64,000 nt of DNA, taken from the NCBI GenBank assembly GCA_051362555.1, contig CM120640.1, forward strand, positions 23,422,225 through 23,486,224. The letters are read 5' to 3'. Position numbers and translations under genes: made by a program. Under the pieces are notes generated by a model. It ran no database searches. It was given only the letters and a program-made list of their open reading frames with translations, and was not told where the DNA came from. This DNA comes from Lingula anatina (lineage: Eukaryota; Animalia; Brachiopoda). Below, piece after piece: positions 51,901-64,000 of the stretch (position 1 is the stretch's first letter; each line of letters opens with the position of its first letter).

Positions 51901-54900
51901 AGGTAAACAAAAAAGTTAATCGAGAAATCGGATATTACCTTTTGATGTGTAATTTTATAATTCATGTCATCAAGGGCCCCATGAATTACTGCTCTCTGCC
52001 TCGACCTTTTACATTTCAACCAGTAATTGTGATTGATCATTTATCAAATAAATTATCATATAAAGAGACAGAATCTGTGCCCAAACATGAGCAAGGTCCT
52101 CGAGGGAATCTTTTTAATCTCGTGTCAGGGGTTGAATGGCTTGTTCTTTAACGGGTTCTCTGCTCCTGTTTTTTGCCCTATTATGTAGGAAATGGGGTTG
52201 CCGTCCCCGACCTACCTCACAAATATATACAAGTATATATATACACACACAGTCCACCGCCTCAGTTTTTAAGGATTCGAATTACACCTGATACAATTTC
52301 ACGTTAAAATGTAAACGTAAATAATGTCTACTCCAGCCAATTGTTTGTATTTGCTTCGTTGGAAGTGGAAACAATTCGACTAGTTCAAAGGTAGGCAATC
52401 AAATCAACAATTTTGAAATCAAATACGTGACATGTCTGCTTTCCACAATGGAAATCAACAGACAGTTCAATCGTTCGAGTCTAAGGCCTCACAACCATTA
52501 TCGTTAGTTGATTCTTTTTAACTCCATCTTTTCAGTATCGTCATTTTTTTGCCATTACATTAAGGCATTTAACTATATTTTTCTATAGCTAATGCTTTAA
52601 ATACTTGTGTGTTGGCTTATACTGGTGTTTGTGATACGGCTAATGGTGCGACAATCACAGAGAGCAATGTTACTGCTGGCTTCTTTTGAAAATCTGAAAA
52701 CTCGAACAAGAAGATGTGCCAAGCGCGTGCACTGATCTCATTATTTTGCCACGTGTATGTGCATGAATATGGCAACATACATAACCTAACATCATTGTTA
52801 CTACTCCACTGTCAATGTGTTAAAATGACAGGATCTTTCCGACATCTGTTGTACGCTTGACGTTACAACTTGTTCGATCTTAAAATGGGACCCTTTCTGA
52901 TCTCCAAACATCAACTAATACAGTAACCAGTGAGAAAAATGATTGACGCACTGTTTTTTGGTTAAAAAAAGAAGTGATTCATGGCAGTCTGGAGAAGCGT
53001 CTGGAGAAGAAAATCGGACCAGATTAAAACTAGGATCCATTGTTATTTCAAGTTTTTCTCACTTTGCTCAGACGATCTTTTGGTTCTAATAACATCCCTA
53101 TAATAACATACAACTGCATACATTTAATATTGAGAACACGTTAGTTAATTGGTCCCGTTTTGCCTCGGCATTAAAAGAAGATAAAAACTATTGCTTTTTA
53201 GTTAGCTATCAGTGTTGTCAAATTATTTATTCTATGCAAGCACATCTAGTTTGTTTTACCTTTGTTAAAACTTGACCCTATGGGTGAAAATGCTGACAAT
53301 TTATCTCGTGTCCTGAATGCAAAATTGATTTTATCATTCATTTCAGCATCACCACAATTAGCATTTATTCAAGGACTTTGACGTATCACAGATTTAAAGT
53401 CTGTTGTTTTTAACAAGAGGGCTACTTTTGCTCTAAATCAATCTTGCAGTCTTTCACATTCCAAATGCAAAATCAGTTCTGATGCCTGTATAAATTATCT
53501 CTTCATTGATCCTCGGCTTTTTATGAGAAGGGGGTGCGCCCCAACCCCATCCCGCCTCCAATATTGCTACATGATTGCTACATGTACCATTACGATCATC
53601 TCGCCGCACCCCGGCGTATGGCGTTGACTGTGTAACAATTGAGTTTTAACCCTAATAATTGGATTTAATCTGTCGCACCTGTGGGAATGTAGGCCTATTT
53701 AAGGTTGCCGTACAATGTATATGAGTTATAATTCTGCCACGTTTCTACATGGCGTTTGATTCAACAAAAGTTGACCAGATGAAAATAATCAAGGGATTTG
53801 ATACCGTCGCTTCTCACCTCTGGCCTCCAGTGCATAAAAGAAGGGCTCTATTTGTAATACAAGTCGAGGTGCTAGCTGCGGTATATCAGACGGTTACGAC
53901 TGTTCTTTGACATTATGGTGTCCACGTTAAACAATGCTTGTCAACATAAAACGCTCGATTAAATTTCAAGATATTTGTAAGACCAGGGCATGGGGAGCGA
54001 CGTTTTACAAATTTTTGATTGATTTTAGACACATTTCCCCAGGCACGATCAGCATTTTCGCATGCGACTTATGCGTTAAGGACCTAAAGACGAAGAAGGG
54101 TGAAGTGTAAAATTGACCTTTATTAGTCGTCTCACTATTTTTTTCAAAGCAGAATGCTTTTGCCTCTTGGATGAATACGCGTCGAAACCAAGTATTAACA
54201 TGAACATGAACTTTTACATCCATGCAACATAACAAAACCGCTTTACCTCAAGTCGAAATAGGTATTTCAGACAGCGCATAAAGAGATGTACCTGTAACGT
54301 TGACAATCGTGGTTCAGACAGATATAATTGATAAATCACCAAGCAGAAAACAACATTTCTCTTCCGAAAAAAAAATTTTAACAAAAGTTGGGTTGAAAGA
54401 GATACCAATTCGTTCCGGGCTACTGAAACGAGGGGACCCAAAATTTTCCCATTTCTAAAGGTTGTAACCCCGCCTTGGAGGTTTATAGCTTGCTGAGCAA
54501 TTTGAAAGGTTCAGCTCGCAGTACAGTGAAGGTTGTCCAGAGACGTAAACCACCGCTGGTGCAGAAGAATTGGCGTCTGTGATCTAGGAATTAACTGAGA
54601 TAAAACACACCTTTTTAAACATTTATAAGCTTTTCAGGACAATTGAGTGTTATGAGGAAGCAGTTTTTGTTCTTTTTTTTTTTTTTTGGGGGGGGGGGCA
54701 CTTTTATTTTTGTATGTTTTCTCTGACCTCTTAATTTACAGTCCCTTTACTTGTGAATTAAGTTAACTGCAGATTTTATTAAATCTTCTCAATGAAATAA
54801 ACCGTTCGTGAGATTTCCGTTGTCTTGAATCGCCTTATTTTCACCTGAAATACTATGTCCTAATATCAGAAACCTTTTTCAGCAACAAAATTACTACCCT

Positions 54901-55817
54901 GCTCATAAGCTGCCTTTTTACACGATGTGAAAATGCTAGGAATGCAAATAACCTTTCACTTAGTGAAGAAAATGTGGTCTTGAAAAAGTACATTTATATG
55001 GTATTTTTTAGTTCGGAACTTGATAGAGTGATCATCGGTATGTACTCAAATACTGTCGATGAAACCAATGAAATTCGTTTTAGGTTTATCATCTCTCCAA
55101 GAATCCCACAAATGGTCCTTATCATGTATCAATCCTTGAATCATATTTGTATAAAAAAGACGTGCATTATCTACTCATTGACAAACATATATCAGGGCTA
55201 TTTTATTCCACATTGCTCCATTCGGCTCTCAATCTCTGAACGCATCTTTAGTTGTTTGAAGCAGCTCTGTAAATCTTCCCTCTATCTTGTAAACCATCAT
55301 CGAATGAACTTAAACGGAGGTTGACCCCTGACCCCTCCCCGCACCCCTGGGGCTCTCCCCATGTTTTCCGGAATGCACAGCGGACGACAAGGCGGTAATA
55401 AGACCTACTTACTTATCGCTCCCTCTATACTGAAATGATTGAGTCATTATTGAAGTATCAAATGCACTACGTTAACCTCCCCGTCTCCCGCCCCTTCGTT
55501 TTTCAGCTCGAATTCGAGTGGTCTAGTTACGCCCAGCTTTTAAATTTAAATTCACAAATATCGCCTCGGCCACTGTGTCCGGAACGAGTCAATAGAAAAT
55601 TGTTCTCCGCCGAGATAGGGAAGCAACAAAATGTCTTGTAACTTTTTTCGATAAAAAGCATCTGTTCTTCATATTTTTTCAGGAGTTGTTGGTTATGCCG
55701 TAGACAGAATACTGCTTACAAATATTCGCTGCAGTCTTTCTTGTTTGTACTGTACTTGTCATAGCGAAATTTAACGTATATTATTTTTCATCAGGTATAA
55801 GTGAACCAGGGAGCAAA

Positions 55818-58800
55818 ATGGAGTGTACTGTGAATTACCTGATAAGAGGGAGTCTTCTTTTTGGAGCTGTGCTGCTGAGTCTGATACAGGTATATTCTTA
55901 TTACAACATTTTGTCCTGTTTCCCCTGTGTGCTTAATTCTGATGCCTTGCTTGGATTTTGTTTCGTTGTTTTTTGTTGTAGATTTTTTTTGTTTACCGAG
56001 GGATAAGCACACAAACTGTTATATGAACACTTGCTTGTCATTGTATTTATATCCCCCATCAATACTCGAGCAAACTATTTGTAAATAATTCAATTCTGAC
56101 CACCATAGTACACGTATATGTACATAGAAAATGCTATACTCTGTGCTCTTGCACAGTAAAAAAAGATCAAACAGAAGGAAATATGCATTTTGCCTTTTCG
56201 AATGTGATCTGAATCACCAGTATATATTAAATTTCTTTAAATGCTAACGTCACAAATAAGTTGCTACATGTACGAGTAAAATCCACTCTTAAATTTTTGA
56301 TCAAGAATCCGATAATGTTCCCCTTTCAACTGCACGAACCTCGTCCATTTAATATTCTGTAATGTAAGCGTGTTTTCTTCATCAGTTTTTACTTTCTATC
56401 GACCTGACAGAAGTTCTGCGTCATCTCTCGTCATCAAAAGACTCCGTGTGCGATCGCATATTTCCAAGATATATTTCTCACCGATGATTCGGGTTAGACA
56501 TTTTATAGATGATACAGTCAAACCATGTGATCTTATCATCTCTACAGCTCGATTTATTTTGACTGAAACATTCGTACACACTGTTCACCGAAATATCAGG
56601 TGTAATAATCAACATAAAAAAATCACGCAAATGAGAAAATATGCGTACATTACCCTGAGTGACACGAACTCATGTACCTTTGGCTTACCAATCTAGGCGA
56701 ATACCCTGTAACTTTTTTAGAGGTTCAAAAAAGACCAAAAGAACGTTATGGATGTTCCTATGGATGTTTCTATTTCAACTTCAACGGTGTCTAAAGGTAA
56801 ATCACTCGACTTCTGTGACCTCTCGTTTTCCAGATGAGAGATCTACGATATGTTACCTTTGAGAGTACGTATGTGATAAAACAAACTAAATAAACAGATG
56901 GGTTTTCTTAACGCCTCTTTTCTCGTTAACAGCAGCATAACCTTACATGAGTTGACTACAGCAGGCAATAGAGGCAGATTTTACTACCACGTTCTCTCTG
57001 TATATTGGCACTTACATGAAATAGCATTTCACTTAATGGTGCATGACTGAGGTAGCTTATTGGCTTATGTCAGCTAAACCAGGAGTTTATATAAGCCATT
57101 ACAGAAACACTAAATATTTGAGTTAAAGTTTTGCAATGTGTTGGAAAGATTTTCATCATTGCATTGTTGGAAATGGGTGAAAAAAGCAGTGCGAGAAACG
57201 CAACATAAAAAAAAAACTTCATGAAGTAGTATACAGGGCGGAAGGAAGGAAGGCCTAATCATAAAGGTCCAAGTTTCAATTAAGCCACAGACCGTACATC
57301 ACATTTCTGTCATGTTTAATTTAGGGAACGCTCCACTAAAAAAAATAACGCGCGTTTTTATTTGTGAACGCGATTTATAAGCGATCAAACTTTGTTGTTT
57401 GGATTCATAATGTAACGTAAAATCACAGGTATAAAAAAATAACATGCAGCTCTCCTTATCTTTTACCCTATCAACGACTTTTGTGCTTCTTGTGTAAGAA
57501 AAAGATACTTCTAATTTGCAATATGTGTACTTCTTCCTTACCCCTTTCCCCACATGCACGCGCAACAGTACAAGCGCACGCGATGGACCACTTGCTACTT
57601 TACCATATGTCACATAAAGATTCTCAAATTTTCAAAATATCTGGAATATGCTCAAGGGAAAGATTTAATTTGCACCGTGAACAAAGTCTACTGCTTATGA
57701 TCTAGGGTCTTATTTACAGATAGGAATGTGATCATAGTTATTGTAGAACACGTGCGTGATGAATATGAGAGTCTGCACATTATTTAGATAAAGTGATAGC
57801 TTGTGTAAGATCCTGAAGAAAATCAATATTACTGTATTCGTCCTAAGTAAGCAGTCATAAAATGGAAGTAAAAAAACATAAAATAAACTAATCAGGAAGG
57901 ATGGAAACGGCTATGTATATATGGAATAGATAAGGACCATATGAATTAAATTAAACTGATAAATACCCTCATTGTAGAGTTAGAGTACATTTGATCACTC
58001 AGATTATTCGTGTTCAATGAAAGCGAATTTTGCCATTTTGCTATTTGTGAACATTTTATGACCCTAAAGATACGGTATTTGTAGACCATCCAATGTACAT
58101 TACTTAGGAAAATAGAATTAAAATCGAGATCACTCCCGCCGGTTCATAATTGTTTAAGATAGCAAGGAGTTTCGTTTGGACTAAACCAAATTAAGTCAAT
58201 CAGCTAAAAACCCGCTTTGTAACAGTGTTTTCAATGAATGAAACAGGTAATGTTGGCGTTAGGGATAAAGTATATAAATAACACATTTAAGTCTGCTTTC
58301 TGGGTTTTTCGTGCCAGTAAATTGTCACCTTATGACTCCGTAGACATTTGTTACAAATATTAGATTTTCAAATTTCCTGCGTTTTTTCATCGCTTCTGTT
58401 TATTTTTCTGAAAAAAGTAATATAAAAAAGCAGACCTAAGCTAATTTCCTCTTAAATTCGTTTTTCTTCCAGATTAACTGTGGGCAATATTCTGCACGCA
58501 GTGGCGACATATACCAAGGCCCCTTCTTCCCGATACATCCGGGACCTTGGTCAGACTGGTCCGGATGGTCAAAGTGCTCTCGGACATGTGGGGCGGGGAT
58601 CAAGACGAGATCGAGGCAGTGTCGCGGGTACGATTCTGCAGCTTGTAGTGGGGATAGAGAAGAGTATGCCACCTGTAATACCAAGGTAAGCGATCAACGT
58701 GTTTTCAAGATGAAATAAAACTGAAGTGTGTCCACCTTGTGAAGTTAGGGTCAACATGAAGTATGAAGGAAAATGGGTTGTTGTAGGTATTCTAGGTCAC

Positions 58801-61800
58801 AATGAATATATTGGTTACTTGCATTTAATACTTGAAGATATTACTTTTTCAGCATGTTTGACTTTTAAAAGAGAAGCTGAACGTCGAAATAACCAGTCAC
58901 TGATGATAAAAAAAAAACGACGTGGTTCTTGCATACATGCACACGCCCTTTGCTATTTGAAATGAACATGAAACCGAAATATATTTTACAATGATAAATT
59001 AACAGGCTCTATTTCATCTATCTTACTTATTCCTACCAGCCCTGCCCGGAAGGCAGCCTCAGTTTTAGAGATTACCAATGCTCTCGCCATAACGGAAAGA
59101 AAGTACTCGGACGCAAGGTGGCTGCATGGGAAGCGTATCTTAGCAACTTGACACCATGTGACCTCCGTTGCAAGGCAAAGGATGTGACGTTTTACTATGG
59201 GTTTGGAACTGTATTAGATGGCACCAAATGTAATGATGAAACGCACGACGTTTGCATAAAAGGAAAATGCCAAGTGAGCAATGCTTTTTTTTTCGTGGCC
59301 CTTTGGCGATATTTTATTACACTCTGTTGCTCATTCATGCGTTTTGGTTTCATAAAAACCTAATTTTGAAAATTATCCAGCAGAAAAATGATAGAAATAT
59401 CACTGCATTATCTTAGTAATTGAAACCAAATGTTATGAAATGTTGATCTACTCGATCTACTTTGTTTTCCTTCACTGTAGAAAGTTGGTTGCGATGGACG
59501 CATTGGTTCAGATTTAAAGGAAGACATGTGTATGGTGTGCGGCGGACGCAATGACACATGTTACCATTTTCAAAGTGCATTCTACACTGACGACACCGAG
59601 ACAGTCTCAGGTAATGTTGTGCGACAGTTCTCATTCTGAGTTTCAGGTCCGAGACTCAACAGCATGTATAGAAATGTGAAACTAAATTTCGTAGTTTAGC
59701 GGCTCTGAACCGCAGAGTTAATGACGGATTTAAAAGATTGATGTATACCCAAAACTTTTTTTAGCTGTATTACCAAAATGTATTGGCCAGTTTTTATCTT
59801 ATTAAATTAGACATTTTATGGGCCAAGCATTTATATAACTCCAAGTACAATTTATTTTAGGTAGAAGGTACGGTTATGAAGAAATAGCAACAGTGCCCAT
59901 TGGAGCTACGCATATCACTGTCAAAGACAGCAGTGATAATTACCTCGGTGGGTATTGAAATGCCTGTGCCTATATTTGTATAATTATTTATCGGTGTAGG
60001 AGCCAGGGAACATGGAAGGGGGGGGGGGGTCCTTAGAAGGTCCGCCTATTCCTTACGATCAAACATATACTAAAATAAGCCATTAATATATTCTGTTACA
60101 AGTGGAGACCCAGACTACCCAACTTTATATACATAATTTTTACCATAATCCCAGACCCGCCTAACATTCGGCCGAATTTTTAAAAGACGCGTGTATAAAT
60201 GGGCGCATGCTTTGCTCAAACCCGAATCATTTGGCGACTGATCACTCGTTGAAAGTGTCATCTTTTTACAGAAATCAACAGGAAACGGGTGGGAAAGTTT
60301 AGTCTACAGACACCGTCGAAATATTACACAAGTTTTGACAATAATTTTGTGACAGACAACTAGCGGACCCTGTTGTGAGAGAGTAAAAGAAATGCGGTTT
60401 GATTTGACTGAAATAGATATTAATATCAAGGCGAACAATTTGGCTTGATAGATTAGAGGATCGTTGGGTCAGTTTGCGCATTACAAAGAAAAAGAGTACA
60501 CGGACTTCTCTTTGTTTGTGACGTTTTACGTCACGATATCTACGTCACATATAAGTTACGTCACTTAGCCGAGGTTTCGGTTACCATAACACTGAACCCG
60601 CAGTGTAGACTATTCGCACGTATTGCTGTATAGCAGTGAAGAAAGATATCAGATATTGTTTACAATGTTAACTTTATTTAGACTTCAAAGAGTGATGGAT
60701 GACAGAGCATCCACGTCAACTCCGGTGAGTAATTTCTCTTATTATACAATAAATTTATCGCTTTGTATACTTCAAGCATGTTTAGGTCGTTCAGAATTAT
60801 TACTGATGATGATGATTTATTCTTTGTAGTTAAAGGCCTCTGGCCAACAATACATTACAATCTGTACAAACACAGAAGACATATACAATCAAGGTTTTAC
60901 ATTCACGCATTCACGCATTCACATCTATGTTTACATGTTCATGAAGGGAATTCGGTCAAGTTATTTGTTTATGAAATATTGATCACATTTAAACATCAAA
61001 ACTTAACCGCACGCTGCTTCGTAAATTTAGATTGAAATTATATAAGATTTGACTATCTCTTAAAATTATCGATATCATTATGAAGCTAACTCTATTCTAT
61101 AGGCGCAGCCAAGCTTCTGGAAGGAGTTTAGGCGCCGAATGAGATATTTGTTTTGCTGCGGTGCAAACAACAACCGCCTAGAGCCGGAGTTCACTGACCT
61201 TAATGAAATATATGTTCCAAAAATGTATCCAGATTGGTTGCCGATGGAACAAAACCAGAGATACCAGAATAACAAGCAGCGCCTTTATCAAGCTGTGAGT
61301 AACGCCCTCTCTCTCTCTAGCATGCACAAAAAAGAACGACACTATTTCCTGTTTTATTGTTAAAATCGTAAACTTCCCTTATTCTTTTGTAATACAAAGG
61401 ACATTATCCTTATTCCAGGCATATGAGAACACATGTCCGCCTGACCACATAGTCCTGGAGAGAGACAAACGTGGAGAATTGGTTCAAATAGGTAGTGGTC
61501 GTTATGGAACTCTGTTTCTGGCTAGATATAAACCGACCGGAGACTTTGTCGCTGTGAAAATGTTTAAAAGAAACAAGTCGTCTGAGACATTCGCAGAGAA
61601 GCATCCTTCTTAGAAATCTTGCAAGGAACCAAACTATGCCCAAAGTTCTATGGCATACTGGAAGGGAAACAACAGAGGACCAGCAAATATGCTGACTTGG
61701 CTATTGTTATGGAGCTGGTGCGATTCAAGGAAAACACAAAGCAGTGCTTCAACTTGAAGAGTTTCGTACAGACCCAGTTTGCTTGCGGTGGCTTGACCAC

Positions 61801-64000
61801 CAAAAACTGGTTTAGCTTCAGTATGGAACTAGCGAAAGGTCTCATGGAAATCCATGAAGTAAGTTGGGATTTGTGAAAATGACAAATAAAAATTTTTAAC
61901 TAAGTGGTAGAAGCAGTTAATGCAAGATATAAATAAATAAATAAAAAAAAAAAAAATAAAAATACCATAACGGGTATTGTATATTTCTAGTGATACGTCA
62001 ATACCAATACTTTTTTTTGTATTTCAGCGTGGCATTTGCATCTTAAACCTTAAGGATGAAAATATTATGGTGACAAGGGACAGCGACGGAGCCATCCACC
62101 CACGACTGGTAGACCTCGGAGGCGTCGTGTTATTGGACGACGACAACCCTATTATGCCACCACAGACATTTGCAGAAAGGAAGCTAAAGATTTTCAGTAA
62201 AAAGCGACCCATTTTGGCTCCTGAGTTATTTAAGTATAGCAAACCTACTGCACAGATAGACGTTTTTAGTCTTGGATGTATCTTTGAAGAAATAGGAAAA
62301 CGAGAGATGATGTGCGACTTGACGGAGCTCGCCCTGTGGTGTACGACTAGTGATCCTTCCCTGCGCCCAACTTTGGCTGGCATTGTGAAGGAGTTGGGTG
62401 AACTAGCAGTTAAAGTTTGACTTTTACATACAATCATCATTTTCATTATCATCATTACACTCATTGTGCATGGAACTGATTAGTATGCCATTTTTAGCAT
62501 CAAGTAGACGAGCAACCACTCTTGGAATCTTGTGTTTTTTAAACATCATTAGAAACGCGTAGAGCTGGATCAATCATTCTAGCACTGTATTCAGGAGATA
62601 TATAATAAAATGTACATACTGGTGTATTTATTGTAAATAATTGTTATTTGGTACTTGTTAATAAAAGAGAATATTTTTATTTGCTAATTTACATATTTTT
62701 TACTACTTTTTTCAAGATAACAAATGCAAGTACGGAAAGAGGGAAGAATATAATTTAGGATATTTTGCAAAAAAACAAAAAAATAAAAAATAAAAAAATA
62801 AAAAAAATAAAAAATCACTGATTCATTTCATAGCATTCTAAGCAACGAGCCCGTTGCTCAGGCTTTGTAAAAATGTTTTATTATCAGTATTTGTAAGATT
62901 CAATATACAAAACGCAATATTTATGTCCTATTTATGACCGCGAATTGACGGCGAAACAACATGCTCCATGCTCTCCCTTGTAGGCCTGTGTAGAGCGTAG
63001 AGGTTCTGTGGCATAATTAATCACAATTCAATTTATTGTTCGTCATTTCATACCTTACCGAACCACCCATTTTATAGAAAAAACCATCCAATGCAAAATA
63101 TCAGTGACATCTTTCGGTGATAAAAGTTAATGTCGCTATTTTGTTTTTATTTCATGATAAAAGTCTTTTTTTATTTAATGGTCAATTTTTGTACACACAG
63201 CCGTGACAGACTCCAAGAAGAAGTACATCATCAATGGAGGCTGGTCGATCACGTGGCCTGGAAAGTATAACGTGGCTGGCACAGTCGTCCAGTACGAGAG
63301 AGACTGGGAAAATAAGGAAACAATAAGTATAGCAGGGCCAACCACAGAAGTAATATATTTAATGGTAAGGTATTGATAAAATTCCAACAAAATATCTGGA
63401 ATGAACTATAAAATTTAGATATGATGGATAACAATTTTCCGAAATAGATTATATTTCGAAGTTTGTGTCAAAGGGCCTAACATTGCGATATTGTGATCTA
63501 TAACTATTTAACGACTTTTAAGTCTTTAAAAAATACAAAAAGAGGTCCATAATGGCAAGAGTCAGTTACTATTTTTTTCAAATTGAGTTCCAAAAAGTAA
63601 TGTCATTAAAGAAACGATTCTCAGGTATTTTTTTTTCTGCAGGTTTTACTCAGAAGCAGCAACCCCGGTATAACATACGGATATTGGCTACCAAAGAAAT
63701 CCTTACCTCCTGATGGCAATCGAGATAAGTACAATAACAAGAACCAAAAAGACAAGACGCGTCATAATACGTACAACGACAACGGGCATCCATCAACATA
63801 TCCGTTGCGTAGGATTCCAGGTTATCCAAGCCAAAGAGCGGCATTGCAGTCAACTTCGTCGGACAGGGGAAAACAGCCGGAAGAGCAAAAAAGCCAGAAA
63901 AATGTGCAAAAACCAAACACTAGAGATGACGACCGTTCCTATAATCAAAGAATGAATGAGTATGCCAGGAATTATAGAAAAAGATATCACAGAACAACAC
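55818..64000 (+). CDS. ADAMTS-like secreted ECM protein (signal peptide, TSP1, Cys-rich, spacer; no metalloprotease domain), 3' incomplete; ADAMTSL5/THSD4/papilin-type
   Basis: Exons 55818-55889 (MECTVNYLIRGSLLFGAVLLSLIQ), 58473-58685 (WSDWSGWSKCSRTCGAGIKTRSRQC), 59040-59273 (FRDYQC...VLDGTKC...VCIKGKC), 59481-59610 (VGCDGRIGSDLKEDMCMVCGG), 59861-59947 (GYEEIATVPIGATHI...NYL), 63201-63364 (YIINGGWSITWPGKYNVAGT...GPTTE) and 63643 to the window end (NPGITYGYWLP, then a polar linker). All phases match. Confidence 0.92.
60518..60590 (+). promoter_or_regulatory. CRE/ATF site cluster and RFX half-site upstream of the nested kinase gene
   Basis: GTGACGT 60518-60524, TTACGTCAC 60526-60534, TACGTCAC 60541-60548 and TTACGTCAC 60556-60564; TATA-like CATATAAG 60548-60555; GGTTACCATAAC 60579-60590. 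Confidence 0.55.
60695..62420 (+). pseudogene. Nested protein kinase-fold gene (predicted pseudokinase, about 351 aa) with a 1-nt frameshift; pseudogene or assembly error
   Basis: Exons 60695-60724, 61103-61294, 61419-61858, 62028-62420; all junctions phase 0. IGSGRYG, VAVK, IRREAS, ICILNLKDEN (HRD replaced by ILN), DLG, LAPE, IDVFSLG and DPSLRPT. The frame breaks between 61586 and 61610: the upstream frame hits TAG at 61611 and the downstream frame has TGA at 61583. AATAAA at 62604 and 62660. Confidence 0.8.
62768..62814. repeat. A-rich (AAAAAAT)n low-complexity tract
   Basis: Imperfect tandem A6-7T units. Confidence 0.7.

Noticed and set aside
61563-61569. TTTAAAA as a programmed -1 frameshift site
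   Set aside because: It is not in X XXY YYZ codon phase, and the -1 frame meets TGA at 61583 immediately after.
61577-61596. A 20-nt GT...AG segment whose removal would restore the kinase frame
   Set aside because: Far below normal animal intron size, weak donor (GTCGTC), and it would delete the start of helix alphaC. A 1-nt indel is simpler.
63713-63955. 80-aa basic ORF near the window end
   Set aside because: Alternative frame of the last ADAMTSL exon, whose true frame starts at 63643 and stays open to 64000.
1-64000. Prokaryotic-type systems (CRISPR array, operon, prophage), rRNA or tRNA genes
   Set aside because: The sequence is spliceosomal-intron animal DNA; no repeat-spacer array or structural RNA gene was recognised by eye.

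Overview
AT-rich, intron-rich genomic DNA from an invertebrate animal (it carries homeobrain, which vertebrates lack; a lophotrochozoan is a plausible guess). Gene models were built by hand from GT-AG junctions with phase checks. From left to right: an 8-coding-exon RhoBTB gene (+); a 3-exon small secreted gene with a truncated chitin-binding (peritrophin-A-like) domain (-) that the ORF track misses; a cyclin O-like gene (+); Rx (+) and Homeobrain (-) tail-to-tail, i.e. two-thirds of the ancient Hbn-Rx-Otp cluster, with no orthopedia found; about 16 kb without a recognisable gene; and an ADAMTS-like gene (+) running off the right edge. One intron of the ADAMTS-like gene holds a 4-exon kinase-fold gene on the same strand. 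That gene lacks the catalytic HRD motif, has a 1-nt frameshift, and has a dense CRE cluster upstream. The window also contains MITEs, a LINE tail, a 200-bp palindrome, microsatellites and a sharp CpG-density boundary near 8.2 kb.
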